From UHGV virus genome UHGV-1372840: a stretch of 48,653 nt of DNA; one strand, 5' to 3'. Source of the DNA: a virus. Made by a program: the position numbers and the translations under genes. This document shows, piece by piece, positions 27,062 to 36,241 of this stretch. Within the stretch, counting starts at the first letter, position 1. Each line of letters opens with the position of its first letter. The notes under the pieces were generated by a model, which was not told the origin of the DNA, did no database searches, and was given only the letters and a program-made list of their open reading frames with translations.

Positions 27062-27465
27062 CCCGCACCAACATGAGAACGATGGCCAGAGTTGTCGATA
27101 TGAACCGCAATACCTCCAGCATCGTCACTGTCCTTTTTCAGTATCGTGAAGATTGCCACGCAGTACAGCATCGTGAACGTTGCCGCATAGATGTCGAGTG
27201 GTCGATAGAAAAACCACAGAAACCACCCCATTAGGTTAATCAACATGGAGACAATGCTGATGAGCATCATGTCGAGAGACTTCCGGGATGTTCCAAACCG
27301 ATACAGAATGCCGACCACTGCGAAATCGCAAAATGCGGCGAGGAAAAAGTAAATCGAACCATCCAGATTGCTGCACAACTTCTGGAAAAGAGTCGCCACC
27401 ATCACGAAGAGAAACGAGGCTCCTCGAGGTCTGGCGATCACCGAGGCAATCAGGAGGGCGTACAT
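27043..27465 (-). CDS. Multi-pass membrane protein
   Basis: 3-4 hydrophobic segments; start uncertain. Confidence 0.3.
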   Translation of the reverse strand: MYALLIASVIARPRGASFLFVMVATLFQKLCSNLDGSIYFFLAAFCDFAVVGILYRFGTSRKSLDMMLISIVSMLINLMGWFLWFFYRPLDIYAATFTMLYCVAIFTILKKDSDDAGGIAVHIDNSGHRSHVGAGCRVVH

Positions 27466-27624
27466 TGTTTACTTGGTCCGCCGTTTTACTTTCGCGTCAC
27501 CGGTTTTACCACGAGGTTTAACACACGCCCCACCGGCGTCTCCTGCTTTACGTGATTTAGTCTTGTACATTTTACCGCCCTTGTATGTTAGGATTAAGCC
27601 TAATTGTACAGCAGGTGTTACCGA

Positions 27625-28185
27625 ATGAAAAATCCTTTAAGTAAACAAATGACCGCCCTTCTCACCGCATTTGCAATGGGTGGTACGGGTACCGCGGTAG
27701 TCACGCAGACGGACATCCTCAATCAGTTCCTGAACGAGAAGGAAGGGAACAGGCTGACAGCATATCTGGACAGTGCAAATCCTCCCATCTGGACCATCTG
27801 CCGGGGTGTGACGCGCATCGATGGTAGGCCGGTGACAAAGGGTATGCGACTTACTGAAAAGCAGTGTGACCTTCTGAACGATAAAGAAGCGCAAAAGTCA
27901 CTCAAATGGGTACGCGACAATATCCCGGTAAAACTGAACCCGGTGCAACAGGTCGGCATCGCATCGTTCTGCCCGTACAATATTGGACCTACCAAATGTA
28001 AGGGGTCGACATTCTTCAAATTGCTGCAAAAAGGCGACTGGAAGAACGCGTGCAAACAGATTCCTCGTTGGGTGTTTGATGGTGGTCGTGACTGCCGCAT
28101 TAAAAGTAACAACTGTTCTGGGCAGCCGATTCGCCGGGAGCAGGAAGAGTATTTGTGCCTGTATACACTGGGGGAATCGAAATGA
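27625..28185 (+). CDS. SAR endolysin (T4-lysozyme family, GH24)
   Basis: E-x8-D-x5-T catalytic spacing (EGNRLTAYLDSANPPIWT). N-terminal weakly hydrophobic Gly/Ala-rich signal-anchor-release segment TALLTAFAMGGTGTAVV. Confidence 0.7.
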   Translation: MKNPLSKQMTALLTAFAMGGTGTAVVTQTDILNQFLNEKEGNRLTAYLDSANPPIWTICRGVTRIDGRPVTKGMRLTEKQCDLLNDKEAQKSLKWVRDNIPVKLNPVQQVGIASFCPYNIGPTKCKGSTFFKLLQKGDWKNACKQIPRWVFDGGRDCRIKSNNCSGQPIRREQEEYLCLYTLGESK

Positions 28186-28511
28186 CAATGTTACAGCGGG
28201 TAGTAATTGTTGTAGGAATCGTATTCGTGATATGTACATATTGGCTAGGTTATTATCACGGTAAGCAGTCAGTCAAGCTGGACGATTTCAAAGAATATAA
28301 GGCAGCTGTCGAAGCCCGTGATGCGCTGCAGGAAAAACTCAATGCTTCCGATGTGGAATTGCAGAAAATGCAACGGGAACTAAAAGAAGCCCGGGACAAA
28401 AAAGTTGTTGAGAAAGTCACCATTTACCGCGACCGAATCAAAGACTCCACCACCGCTCAGTGTGTCAAAGAGAGCGGTATCCTCGACCTGTATGATGCGA
28501 CCGTAAAATGA
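28182..28511 (+). CDS. i-spanin (Rz-like)
   Basis: N-terminal TM plus periplasmic coiled coil; ATGA overlap with the endolysin stop. Confidence 0.6.
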   Translation: MTMLQRVVIVVGIVFVICTYWLGYYHGKQSVKLDDFKEYKAAVEARDALQEKLNASDVELQKMQRELKEARDKKVVEKVTIYRDRIKDSTTAQCVKESGILDLYDATVK

Positions 28512-28744
28512 AAAAACTCATCCTGCTGATATCTGTACTTATTTTAACCGCGTGTACTCAGGAAGTGCGCAAATGCCCGCCACCATCTAACGACCTGCTT
28601 ACGCCGAGTGGTGAATTGTGGACAACCGATGGCGACCCCGAAAAGGCCGCTACGGTAATTCCACATAACGGGGAAGTTCTGATGGCCGACCGGGACAGAG
28701 TGTCCCGGTGGCAAAACTGGTGGGAAGGTTGTAAAACCTTATGA
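28508..28744 (+). CDS. o-spanin (Rz1-like outer-membrane lipoprotein)
   Basis: Lipobox LTAC, Pro-rich mature part, ATGA overlap with the i-spanin gene. Confidence 0.65.
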   Translation: MKKLILLISVLILTACTQEVRKCPPPSNDLLTPSGELWTTDGDPEKAATVIPHNGEVLMADRDRVSRWQNWWEGCKTL

Positions 28745-29596
28745 ATATTCCTCGACAATCAGAATACCGGCGGTACCTGCTCCGCCGGTACACGATGTTC
28801 CACTGAGTGCGGTGTCATAAGCACCACCGCCACCAGAGCCTGGCGCTTTACCAGCGATACCACCACCCGCACCGGCACGACCACCGCCGCCCATGTAGGA
28901 AGATGCACCGTTGCCGGTAACAAAATAGGTTCCGGTTTGTCCGTCGCTACCATCACCGCCGCGAATGTTAACAAGACCGCCGGTAGCGGTACCGCCAGCG
29001 CCACCCGGGGTGTTAGTCGCCGATATTCTGGATGCACCACCACCACCGCCAGCAGTCAGACTACCGAATACACTACTACCGCCAGCGGAACCCGCTGCAG
29101 CACCTACACCGCCCGCACCACCAGTACCAATGGTCACGGAATACGATGATGCCAGAGAAGTAATCCATGCGATAACAGTTGCACCGGCACCACCGCCACC
29201 ACCGGAGAAAGTGGATGAGGTTGCCGAAGCCTGACAACCACCACCACCACCACCACCACCCACCAGTGTGACTTTAATGGCCTTTGTACCAGTGGTGGGA
29301 GTGTAAATTGCCGAAGATGTGAGTGTACGCACATTCAACAATCGCCCCGGTGTTGCAGTCATGAGCGCGTCGTACATCTGACTGTCTGACCCCGTGTCGA
29401 TATCACCATTTGGCGTAACACCCGCCACGTTGAGCACACGAGCAAAAAAACCATCCCAGTCATTGGCCCAGTCTGCTTCAAAGTAAGAACCATCTTCCGC
29501 CGTTGGTGATGTGCGGTTTTTAAATGCACCCTGGGGTGATGCAGTTGTGGGATTCTCAAACCTTCCCGGGTAACGGTTGCTACGGTCTAAAGCCAT
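28739..29596 (-). CDS. Tail fiber protein with Gly-rich collagen-like repeats
   Basis: 285 aa with long GGxGG tracts and an N-terminal conserved fiber-like region. Confidence 0.55.
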   Translation of the reverse strand: MALDRSNRYPGRFENPTTASPQGAFKNRTSPTAEDGSYFEADWANDWDGFFARVLNVAGVTPNGDIDTGSDSQMYDALMTATPGRLLNVRTLTSSAIYTPTTGTKAIKVTLVGGGGGGGGCQASATSSTFSGGGGGAGATVIAWITSLASSYSVTIGTGGAGGVGAAAGSAGGSSVFGSLTAGGGGGASRISATNTPGGAGGTATGGLVNIRGGDGSDGQTGTYFVTGNGASSYMGGGGRAGAGGGIAGKAPGSGGGGAYDTALSGTSCTGGAGTAGILIVEEYS

Positions 29597-29599
29597 TGT

Positions 29600-30313
29600 T
29601 TAAACTCCTACAAATCCGGTCGCTTGTGTCAATGAGTCACCAAATTGCATTGATGAGTCACCTGCCTGTACATAATCGTAAGCCTCAAGGAAACCATTGA
29701 ATTTTACACCCTGCGGCTTCGGAACAAAAGAGGCATTGACGAGCGCCCACCGTTCGAGGTCTGTAATTTCTCCGTAGAATTCTACGGAGAAACTCATATC
29801 CTCACCATCAACCAGACGGGTGACCTGTGCATTGGGTAACAGGAAATTCATTCCATTAATAATGTCTTCAATGGTCGCGTATGAGTTGTTTTTGAGAATT
29901 TTAGATTTAATTGCCAGGCGATATAAGTTGTCCGACATGCTCTCGTCTGAATCGATACTCGGCGTGCTGCACATTGCGGAGGTATCGCCGAATTCGGCCG
30001 GACCATTGACATCGCTGGCACACATGGCGGTATCCATGGATACCTTTCCCATGAAATCACGAGATATAACGACTATTCGCCCAATAACATCGAGTTGTTC
30101 ACCTTCCACCATATCAATCGAATACATGATACGCACAGCTGCGGCCACATCTGCAATCTGTGTGGCCAGGCTACGTGTGATGTTATACCACGCAACGGCC
30201 TTTGGCTTGTTACGGTACTGAGCGTAGATGCGATTCGGAGCATCTGACTCATTTGCGACGTAGCCGCTGACAATTGTCAGCGGTACGAAGTAGGGAGCGG
30301 GGAAGAAGTTCAT
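29600..30313 (-). CDS. Tail-associated protein
   Basis: 237 aa between fiber genes in the tail operon. Confidence 0.35.
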   Translation of the reverse strand: MNFFPAPYFVPLTIVSGYVANESDAPNRIYAQYRNKPKAVAWYNITRSLATQIADVAAAVRIMYSIDMVEGEQLDVIGRIVVISRDFMGKVSMDTAMCASDVNGPAEFGDTSAMCSTPSIDSDESMSDNLYRLAIKSKILKNNSYATIEDIINGMNFLLPNAQVTRLVDGEDMSFSVEFYGEITDLERWALVNASFVPKPQGVKFNGFLEAYDYVQAGDSSMQFGDSLTQATGFVGV

Positions 30314-30316
30314 TCG

Positions 30317-30574
30317 TTAACCCAAGAGTAACGTGAGTGTTTCCTCTACAATTGCTTTTTGCGTAGCGCCATCACCGTCTGCACTGATGAACCGCTCCTG
30401 AAGTTCCAATACCTGCTCGTCCAGTGAGTCGTCGCAGATGATGCCATTATCGGCAACAATCTTGTCTCGCTTCGACAACATTTCCACTGTTGCATCGAGA
30501 GCGGAAATTGTTGAAAAATATTCAATTATTCCACGATAGAGCATGCCCGCGTCTTTTGATGCTGTACCTTTCAT
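30317..30574 (-). CDS. Hypothetical small tail-module protein
   Basis: 85 aa acidic. Confidence 0.35.
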   Translation of the reverse strand: MKGTASKDAGMLYRGIIEYFSTISALDATVEMLSKRDKIVADNGIICDDSLDEQVLELQERFISADGDGATQKAIVEETLTLLLG

Positions 30575-30577
30575 TTA

Positions 30578-32851
30578 TTACCCCCAATATGAGATGCGAA
30601 TTTCTTTCATGTAGTTGTCGATTACATTGTTGTACATATATAAGTGTACATACCACGAGCCATCAAGTCCATTAGTTGTGTCCGTCATTCTCACAAGTCC
30701 CGGACTGACGCTGGTGCTGTATTGTGCGGTTAGAGTCGTATCCGTTTGTCCCGTTGCTGCCACCCTCGTGTTTGAAAACGCACTATAAGGTGCTGTAGAT
30801 ATATTACCATCAAACGCGACCATCTGAATCAATTCGGCCTGAATGGTTGAGCCGGCAGTAAAAGCGGCATCACTGCTTGCGTTGAAGCTACAAAATAGAG
30901 AAATAGTGTCAACTGCTTTAAAGCTGGCCGGAACTTCCCATAAGAAATGTAAGTCCGTGGATGCTTTAGTTCTCACCATCTTACCGTATGACCACGCGGT
31001 GGTATCACTCTTGCTGTTCGTAAGTATGTCGGCAGGACGAAGATATTTATACCGGCGTAAATAACCTTTAACGGTGTTATTCTGGAGATACTGTCTGAAG
31101 AATACGGTTGCACTCTCAATCACACCGAATGATGCTGGTTCGCTCCGCACGATGTTACCACTGGCGTTCACGTTAGCGAACAAGATGTCATAAGGCGTTG
31201 TACTATCGGCGTTAAAATCGGAAAAAATATCGTATTTTGACGCTACAGAAATCAACGCTACGGTTGCTTGTCCGCTCACATTACTAATGTAGTTGGGTTT
31301 GGTCGAATCCAGATATGATACATTCGTGTAGAAGGTCGCAACCGTGCGTTTGCAGTTTCTCACATTGATGTTAGAAACTGTACACCCTTTCGAATTGTTG
31401 AGTAAAACACCCTCAGCAGTATTAGACAGCCCAAGGTTGGGTACGTTCATGTTTGTAATTGAGCAGTTTTCAACAACATTTGTAGCAACGCATGAGCCGT
31501 GGTCAATATCCGCAGGATAAGAGCTGTGTTGCCACATTTTATCGATGGAACAATCCGTACTATTGGAAATAAAGCCAACGCTGTAAAAAGTCCTTGCCTG
31601 GTTAGGCTTATCGACATGTAAGTTCCAAGCGTGACAGTTATAGCACGATGGAGTTTCGGGTGAAGTATCAGACCCCATACCTATCAACTGAGTCCATCCG
31701 TCACCACCACCCCATATGTTATACGCAACACAATTCTGTGCGTTAACAAAATTGATACCGTAACCACCGTTTGTATTTGTTCCGGTATATGTGGCAACTA
31801 AATACAAATCGTGAATCTTAGCCCCAGTAATTTGTACAAAAGACTGGTTGTCACGAAGAAATGCTCCGAGGGTTGGGTTTACAAATGATGTGTTTTCGGT
31901 GGACGCAGCAGGGTAAGTACCAGCGCGATAATTCGCCAGTGTTGTATCTCTGTTAGCCTCCACGGATGACCCCATAACAAATCCACCGCGGCCTTTGTTG
32001 AATATTGGGTCTTGAAATATAATTCTTGAACCTCTACCGGCACCATATACTTCGACATTGTCGAAGAGATGAACCGGGTATGTCATCAGGTAGCCACTGG
32101 TTGTCGGTGGGATATAAATAGATGCACCACCCAAACTCTGAGCAAACAAACACGCTTGCTGGAGTTTCCACGCATTATCAGTAGTACCATCGGCTACAGG
32201 TTCCCATTCAATAAATGAGATATTACCGTTGTTTTTTAATTTCCACCGCTTTCCTCCTGTGGTAACAACCACACCCCCTGACAGGTCTTCACTTGTAGTA
32301 TCGGACGCATCGTGATAGTAGACAGACCCCCACGACATGGTGATTCGCTGTCCGTCTGTCACCGGTTCAACGGTGCGTAGAGTTGCGATATCCGGACAAG
32401 CCCCAATCAGACCAAACCCCTCTGTAGCGCTGAGATTGTCACGCAATATCTGGTCACTGTCTACCGCCCAAAACCCAACAGCAATACCACCCGTACCCGC
32501 AACCGTGGAACCAGCCGGTACGGTCACAGGATAAGTACCCGTCCAGTAATACAGATAAGTACCGTCACTGATACGGTCAAGATTACTGTTCAAAGTACCA
32601 CCAGTCGTGAAAGTGACAGTGCTCTTAACAGCGCTCACAATTGCTGTGGCAGCATTAGACGCGGAGTTAGCTGCATCTAATGCGCTGTTTGCGGATGCTG
32701 TGGCGCTACTCGCAGCGGCTGCAGCTGAAGCCGATGCACTCGATACGGCCGCTGATGCGGCGGCTGTCAAATCATCGACCTGCTGGAAATTGTTGTCCAG
32801 TTCGTCCCACGTTAAGGGCCGACCCAGGTCTGCGCGTTTGATAATGGTCAT
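30578..32851 (-). CDS. Tailspike / tail fiber with right-handed beta-helix (pectate-lyase-like) domain
   Basis: 757 aa. N-terminal Ala/Ser-rich anchor (ELDNNFQQV). Central repetitive N/G/S-rich beta-helix-type segments (CSITNMNVPNLGLSNTAEGVLLNNSKGCTVSNINVRNC). Confidence 0.55.
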   Translation of the reverse strand: MTIIKRADLGRPLTWDELDNNFQQVDDLTAAASAAVSSASASAAAAASSATASANSALDAANSASNAATAIVSAVKSTVTFTTGGTLNSNLDRISDGTYLYYWTGTYPVTVPAGSTVAGTGGIAVGFWAVDSDQILRDNLSATEGFGLIGACPDIATLRTVEPVTDGQRITMSWGSVYYHDASDTTSEDLSGGVVVTTGGKRWKLKNNGNISFIEWEPVADGTTDNAWKLQQACLFAQSLGGASIYIPPTTSGYLMTYPVHLFDNVEVYGAGRGSRIIFQDPIFNKGRGGFVMGSSVEANRDTTLANYRAGTYPAASTENTSFVNPTLGAFLRDNQSFVQITGAKIHDLYLVATYTGTNTNGGYGINFVNAQNCVAYNIWGGGDGWTQLIGMGSDTSPETPSCYNCHAWNLHVDKPNQARTFYSVGFISNSTDCSIDKMWQHSSYPADIDHGSCVATNVVENCSITNMNVPNLGLSNTAEGVLLNNSKGCTVSNINVRNCKRTVATFYTNVSYLDSTKPNYISNVSGQATVALISVASKYDIFSDFNADSTTPYDILFANVNASGNIVRSEPASFGVIESATVFFRQYLQNNTVKGYLRRYKYLRPADILTNSKSDTTAWSYGKMVRTKASTDLHFLWEVPASFKAVDTISLFCSFNASSDAAFTAGSTIQAELIQMVAFDGNISTAPYSAFSNTRVAATGQTDTTLTAQYSTSVSPGLVRMTDTTNGLDGSWYVHLYMYNNVIDNYMKEIRISYWG

Positions 32852-34056
32852 ACGATGGTCACCGTGATGTTTGAGGTTGTCCAGCGGGATAATTCATTAA
32901 AGTCAATGGTAACATTCGCAGTGCCACCATTCAACGTCATACTGTTAACGTAACTGTTACCGTATGAACCAATAACTTTGTTAATAGGCGTGTAGAGCGA
33001 ACTGTACGGTACTGTTTCACCGATATCAAACCCATCCGGCTTAAACCCGTACTCTGTCGGAATCAGACCGCCAGCGGCGTATTCCATGATTGCATCCTGA
33101 ATGAGTGGCTCGAGAGTTGCCTGAGACGGTAGAGAACCATCATCTTTGATTTCAATAGCTACCACCATGTCCACATATACGGGGCGACTAAATTTGATAT
33201 CTTTGGTCATCGTCGGGTAAGTGGGCGATGTGACAGTCACGGTCACGCCGGTTCCAGCCTGATAAAGTGTGACACCCGGATTTTTTTTAAGGTAGATGGC
33301 CATCGCTACGTCGTCGTCCGTACCACCATCGACAATGGGAGCAATACTGTGACCCGGCTGACCGTTGCTGTCGGTGGTGGCTTCGTCGTTCTCATAGACA
33401 CGCACACGGCGTACACCTTCAACATTGAACAACTGACCCAGCATTGAATCAACCTGGTTGCTACCCGGCAGACCTACGGCCGTCGCTCGTTTAAGGCGTA
33501 ACGACCCATCCGATTCAGCAGATGTACCGGGTGTTGCTGGAGTGGGGTTATTAACCGATACTAATCCGGCAACCGTGTCCACAATAGTCGTGATGGTGTT
33601 GGCGTCTGCTTCGATTTCACCAACCGTGGTACAGGTGATATCAACCGTTGCGGTACCTGAACTATCCAGCGTCCACGTCTGGTCGAGAGTGAATCGATAA
33701 CCTGTCACAGATGATTCAAAGCGTGTGCCCGCAGGAACCTGAGTACCAGCAACACCCGTTAACACAAACCCTGTAACAGTCGATGCGGTACCTTCACTCC
33801 GGACGGTACCTGTCAGCGCGCAAATCACGTCGAGGTCGTAGCCGCTGGCTTTGTTCGGGTCTTTGGAGTTGTACGCCTGTTGCAACACTTCGTCGAGCGC
33901 GGAGAAGATTTCAGCATCGTGCGCCATCTTCAACCCATCGGGGGTGGATGGGTCAAGATTCCAGTTACTGTCGATACCCAGATATAACTGTTTTTCTTCG
34001 TCAAACCAGTCATTCTGTGATTTTACGCTATAGCCGGTACTGGTTAATTCAGCCAT
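32848..34056 (-). CDS. Baseplate wedge protein (P2 J / T4 gp6-like)
   Basis: 402 aa following the gp25/W-like gene in the conserved V-W-J order. Confidence 0.45.
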   Translation of the reverse strand: MAELTSTGYSVKSQNDWFDEEKQLYLGIDSNWNLDPSTPDGLKMAHDAEIFSALDEVLQQAYNSKDPNKASGYDLDVICALTGTVRSEGTASTVTGFVLTGVAGTQVPAGTRFESSVTGYRFTLDQTWTLDSSGTATVDITCTTVGEIEADANTITTIVDTVAGLVSVNNPTPATPGTSAESDGSLRLKRATAVGLPGSNQVDSMLGQLFNVEGVRRVRVYENDEATTDSNGQPGHSIAPIVDGGTDDDVAMAIYLKKNPGVTLYQAGTGVTVTVTSPTYPTMTKDIKFSRPVYVDMVVAIEIKDDGSLPSQATLEPLIQDAIMEYAAGGLIPTEYGFKPDGFDIGETVPYSSLYTPINKVIGSYGNSYVNSMTLNGGTANVTIDFNELSRWTTSNITVTIV

Positions 34057-34396
34057 TCTCGGTCACCGTTAATAATCCGTAGGAGGTCAACACGCTGGCG
34101 GTGACCGTATAAGTTTTGTTGTCGATGTCGAAATCGGTGCTAAAACTGGTTAACTGCAGGACACCCGGAGTACCGGAGATGCGTTCACGGAGGCGTGCTT
34201 CGCGGACATCCATGGAAGTTTGTTTGTCGAGTATCTCCTGAAACCACGGTGTGCCGTCAGTCACATCCCGGAAATACTCACCCAGAAACAGGCGCAGACG
34301 GGTACGTATCGTCTGCTCTATTTCCAGTTGTTCAGTGATAAACATCGAACCCTGAGTAACGATGTCACCATCTTCATCTAATTTACGTACTGTCAT
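34049..34396 (-). CDS. Baseplate wedge protein (gp25/W-like)
   Basis: 115 aa in the V-W-J order. Confidence 0.45.
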   Translation of the reverse strand: MTVRKLDEDGDIVTQGSMFITEQLEIEQTIRTRLRLFLGEYFRDVTDGTPWFQEILDKQTSMDVREARLRERISGTPGVLQLTSFSTDFDIDNKTYTVTASVLTSYGLLTVTENG

Positions 34397-35130
34397 CAGT
34401 TATTCGGCCCCGTATTAGAACCACCGGAAGCAACGCCGCCGTGGGTGTGTCCGTCAATTTCTTTACCGTTTAAAATAAGTGAACCAGGGGCGACAATATT
34501 ACCATCTTTATCAATTGTCACCCCGTTGATATTTGCGGTTCCATCTGCGAGTAATGTCACGTGGCCATTTGCATTTTTAATCATACATGACGTATCGTTT
34601 TTTAACCAGACGTACTGTGATGCGTCCACGTTGCGCAAGCGAATACCATCATTAACGAAACCGGCTATGAGGTTATCAAGTGAACGAATTCCCGGTACAA
34701 ACATTGCGTCCTGTTTGTGGTGAAAGCGTTTGACGGGATTAGCAGCAATGCCGCCGGTCTGCTTCCATCCATCAATGCAACGTTGACTAAAATGTACCAT
34801 GCCCTCACAACCGGGTTTAATCTCGAACTCCAGTACGAAGTCATCGCCCGGGAAACTTACGGGAACGTCCACGATGGGTGGTGGGTCAAACGTAGTTTTG
34901 GCGACATCATCGGTCCGGGTGATTCCCAGTTGAATTTGTGCGCGCTGCGTATCCGGGTCGAACGTCAGCACGTAACCCGGGATGCACGTATACACGTCCT
35001 TCATGTTCTCGAAAAACGTGTCATTGGTGACGTTCTGTAAAAACGAGCGGCGCTGGTTAATGTCGGTCATGTCGCCCTCCTGTGAAAATAATGTCAAGTA
35101 TACTATTGACACTCGCGTCAAACAATGCAA
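34396..35130 (-). CDS. Baseplate central spike (P2 gpV / Mu gp45-like)
   Basis: 244 aa. C-terminal beta-helical spike repeats and a terminal H-x-H-GGV motif. Confidence 0.5.
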   Translation of the reverse strand: MHCLTRVSIVYLTLFSQEGDMTDINQRRSFLQNVTNDTFFENMKDVYTCIPGYVLTFDPDTQRAQIQLGITRTDDVAKTTFDPPPIVDVPVSFPGDDFVLEFEIKPGCEGMVHFSQRCIDGWKQTGGIAANPVKRFHHKQDAMFVPGIRSLDNLIAGFVNDGIRLRNVDASQYVWLKNDTSCMIKNANGHVTLLADGTANINGVTIDKDGNIVAPGSLILNGKEIDGHTHGGVASGGSNTGPNN

Positions 35131-35592
35131 TTATTTATTCACAGGCATGTAGCACATGTGTCTTTAGCGGTCCGGGGTGTCCTATTCCTTCGCATCAGCG
35201 GGTAGCCGGAATGTGTAGCCAGGCATGCACGAATGCGGTTGGTCACCGTGGCGGTTCGACTAATACAACAGGTGAGCGTATTGGGTAATGTCAGCCCTGG
35301 TTCGAAGTCGAAAGACATGCGGTAATACCCAGCCCAGGTTCCAATACGCTCACCTGTTGTAACCCCCGAGGAGGTGGTCAACATCTTGCTGACGGGTAAG
35401 CCGTAAGTGACTGGAGTAATGTTGTGAAACATAACAACAGTTGCGAAATGGTTTTCGGATAAAAGCATTGCTCTTGTTCATTAGTAGGTCCCACGACTCA
35501 AACCCAAACGATGAAATCAGTGCTTTTAACAGTAAACCATAATCTCTCTGTTGTGCTCCTGCATGTTTGCCCCGTACTCCGGGGCTTTTTTT
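35106..35592 (+). ncRNA. Candidate noncoding or antisense RNA unit inside the tail operon
   Basis: Palindromic promoter TTGACActcgCGTCAA with -10 AATTAT. 19 bp perfect inverted repeat (35266-35284 / 35341-35359). Terminator GCCCCG-tactc-CGGGGC-T7 at 35569-35592. No ORF with an RBS. Confidence 0.4.
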
Positions 35593-36241
35593 ACAAATCC
35601 AAAAGTGTCGTAACCTGACCGGCAACATTCGTTGCGGCTGTCTTTACGTTAATGTAACCACGCTCAATCAGTCCGGATATGGAGGTGCTGGAAACGTCGT
35701 TACTGTTTAGCTGATACTGTGCCGGTTGTGAACCGTTCGCCACGCGGTCAAGTGTGACAATCTGTTGCAGTTCAGCAACAAATATCAGTCCGTTCTCATT
35801 CTCCGGGTCTTTAGAGCGCCCGATACGCTGAATGACCATGTTGTTCAGCGTAATTTCACCCGTATCCACTGTGAATACCTGCCCGGAATACATGAAATCG
35901 AGCAAAGTGTTCAGTGTCGTACTGGAGCGAGTCTCATTTGAGCCGCTCAACCATCCCGCGAACAGACCAGCACCCGTGGCAATAAATGGGTTGTCATCGA
36001 CGAGATTTGTCAACGCCCCGGTGAAATCGGTGATACTAACTTTCAACGGGTTGTTCGATACCGCACCCGTCATCGTGTAACGAATAGGCTGATAAATGAT
36101 GTGGTCAGCAATTGGCGTACCTGTTTCAATAGGGTACTGCACAATGTCCACGCTGGCGTCAAGGTCATCAGACAGGACGGCATCGAACTGAAGCGACCCA
36201 AGCTGTGGACCGCGCTTTACCAGAAGGTTAATTAAACTCAT
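35591..36241 (-). CDS. Putative baseplate protein
   Basis: 216 aa in the baseplate region. Confidence 0.4.
   Translation of the reverse strand: MSLINLLVKRGPQLGSLQFDAVLSDDLDASVDIVQYPIETGTPIADHIIYQPIRYTMTGAVSNNPLKVSITDFTGALTNLVDDNPFIATGAGLFAGWLSGSNETRSSTTLNTLLDFMYSGQVFTVDTGEITLNNMVIQRIGRSKDPENENGLIFVAELQQIVTLDRVANGSQPAQYQLNSNDVSSTSISGLIERGYINVKTAATNVAGQVTTLLDL

Noticed and set aside
28937-29334. + strand ORFs (28937..29149, 28965..29234, 29134..29334) inside the tail fiber gene
   Set aside because: Artefacts of the GGT/GGC-rich collagen-like repeats read on the opposite strand; no RBS and fully overlapped by the coherent - strand gene.
35230-35320. tRNA gene (GGTTCGA T-loop-like strings at about 35247 and 35300)
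   Set aside because: No acceptor or anticodon stems can be drawn around them; no cloverleaf.
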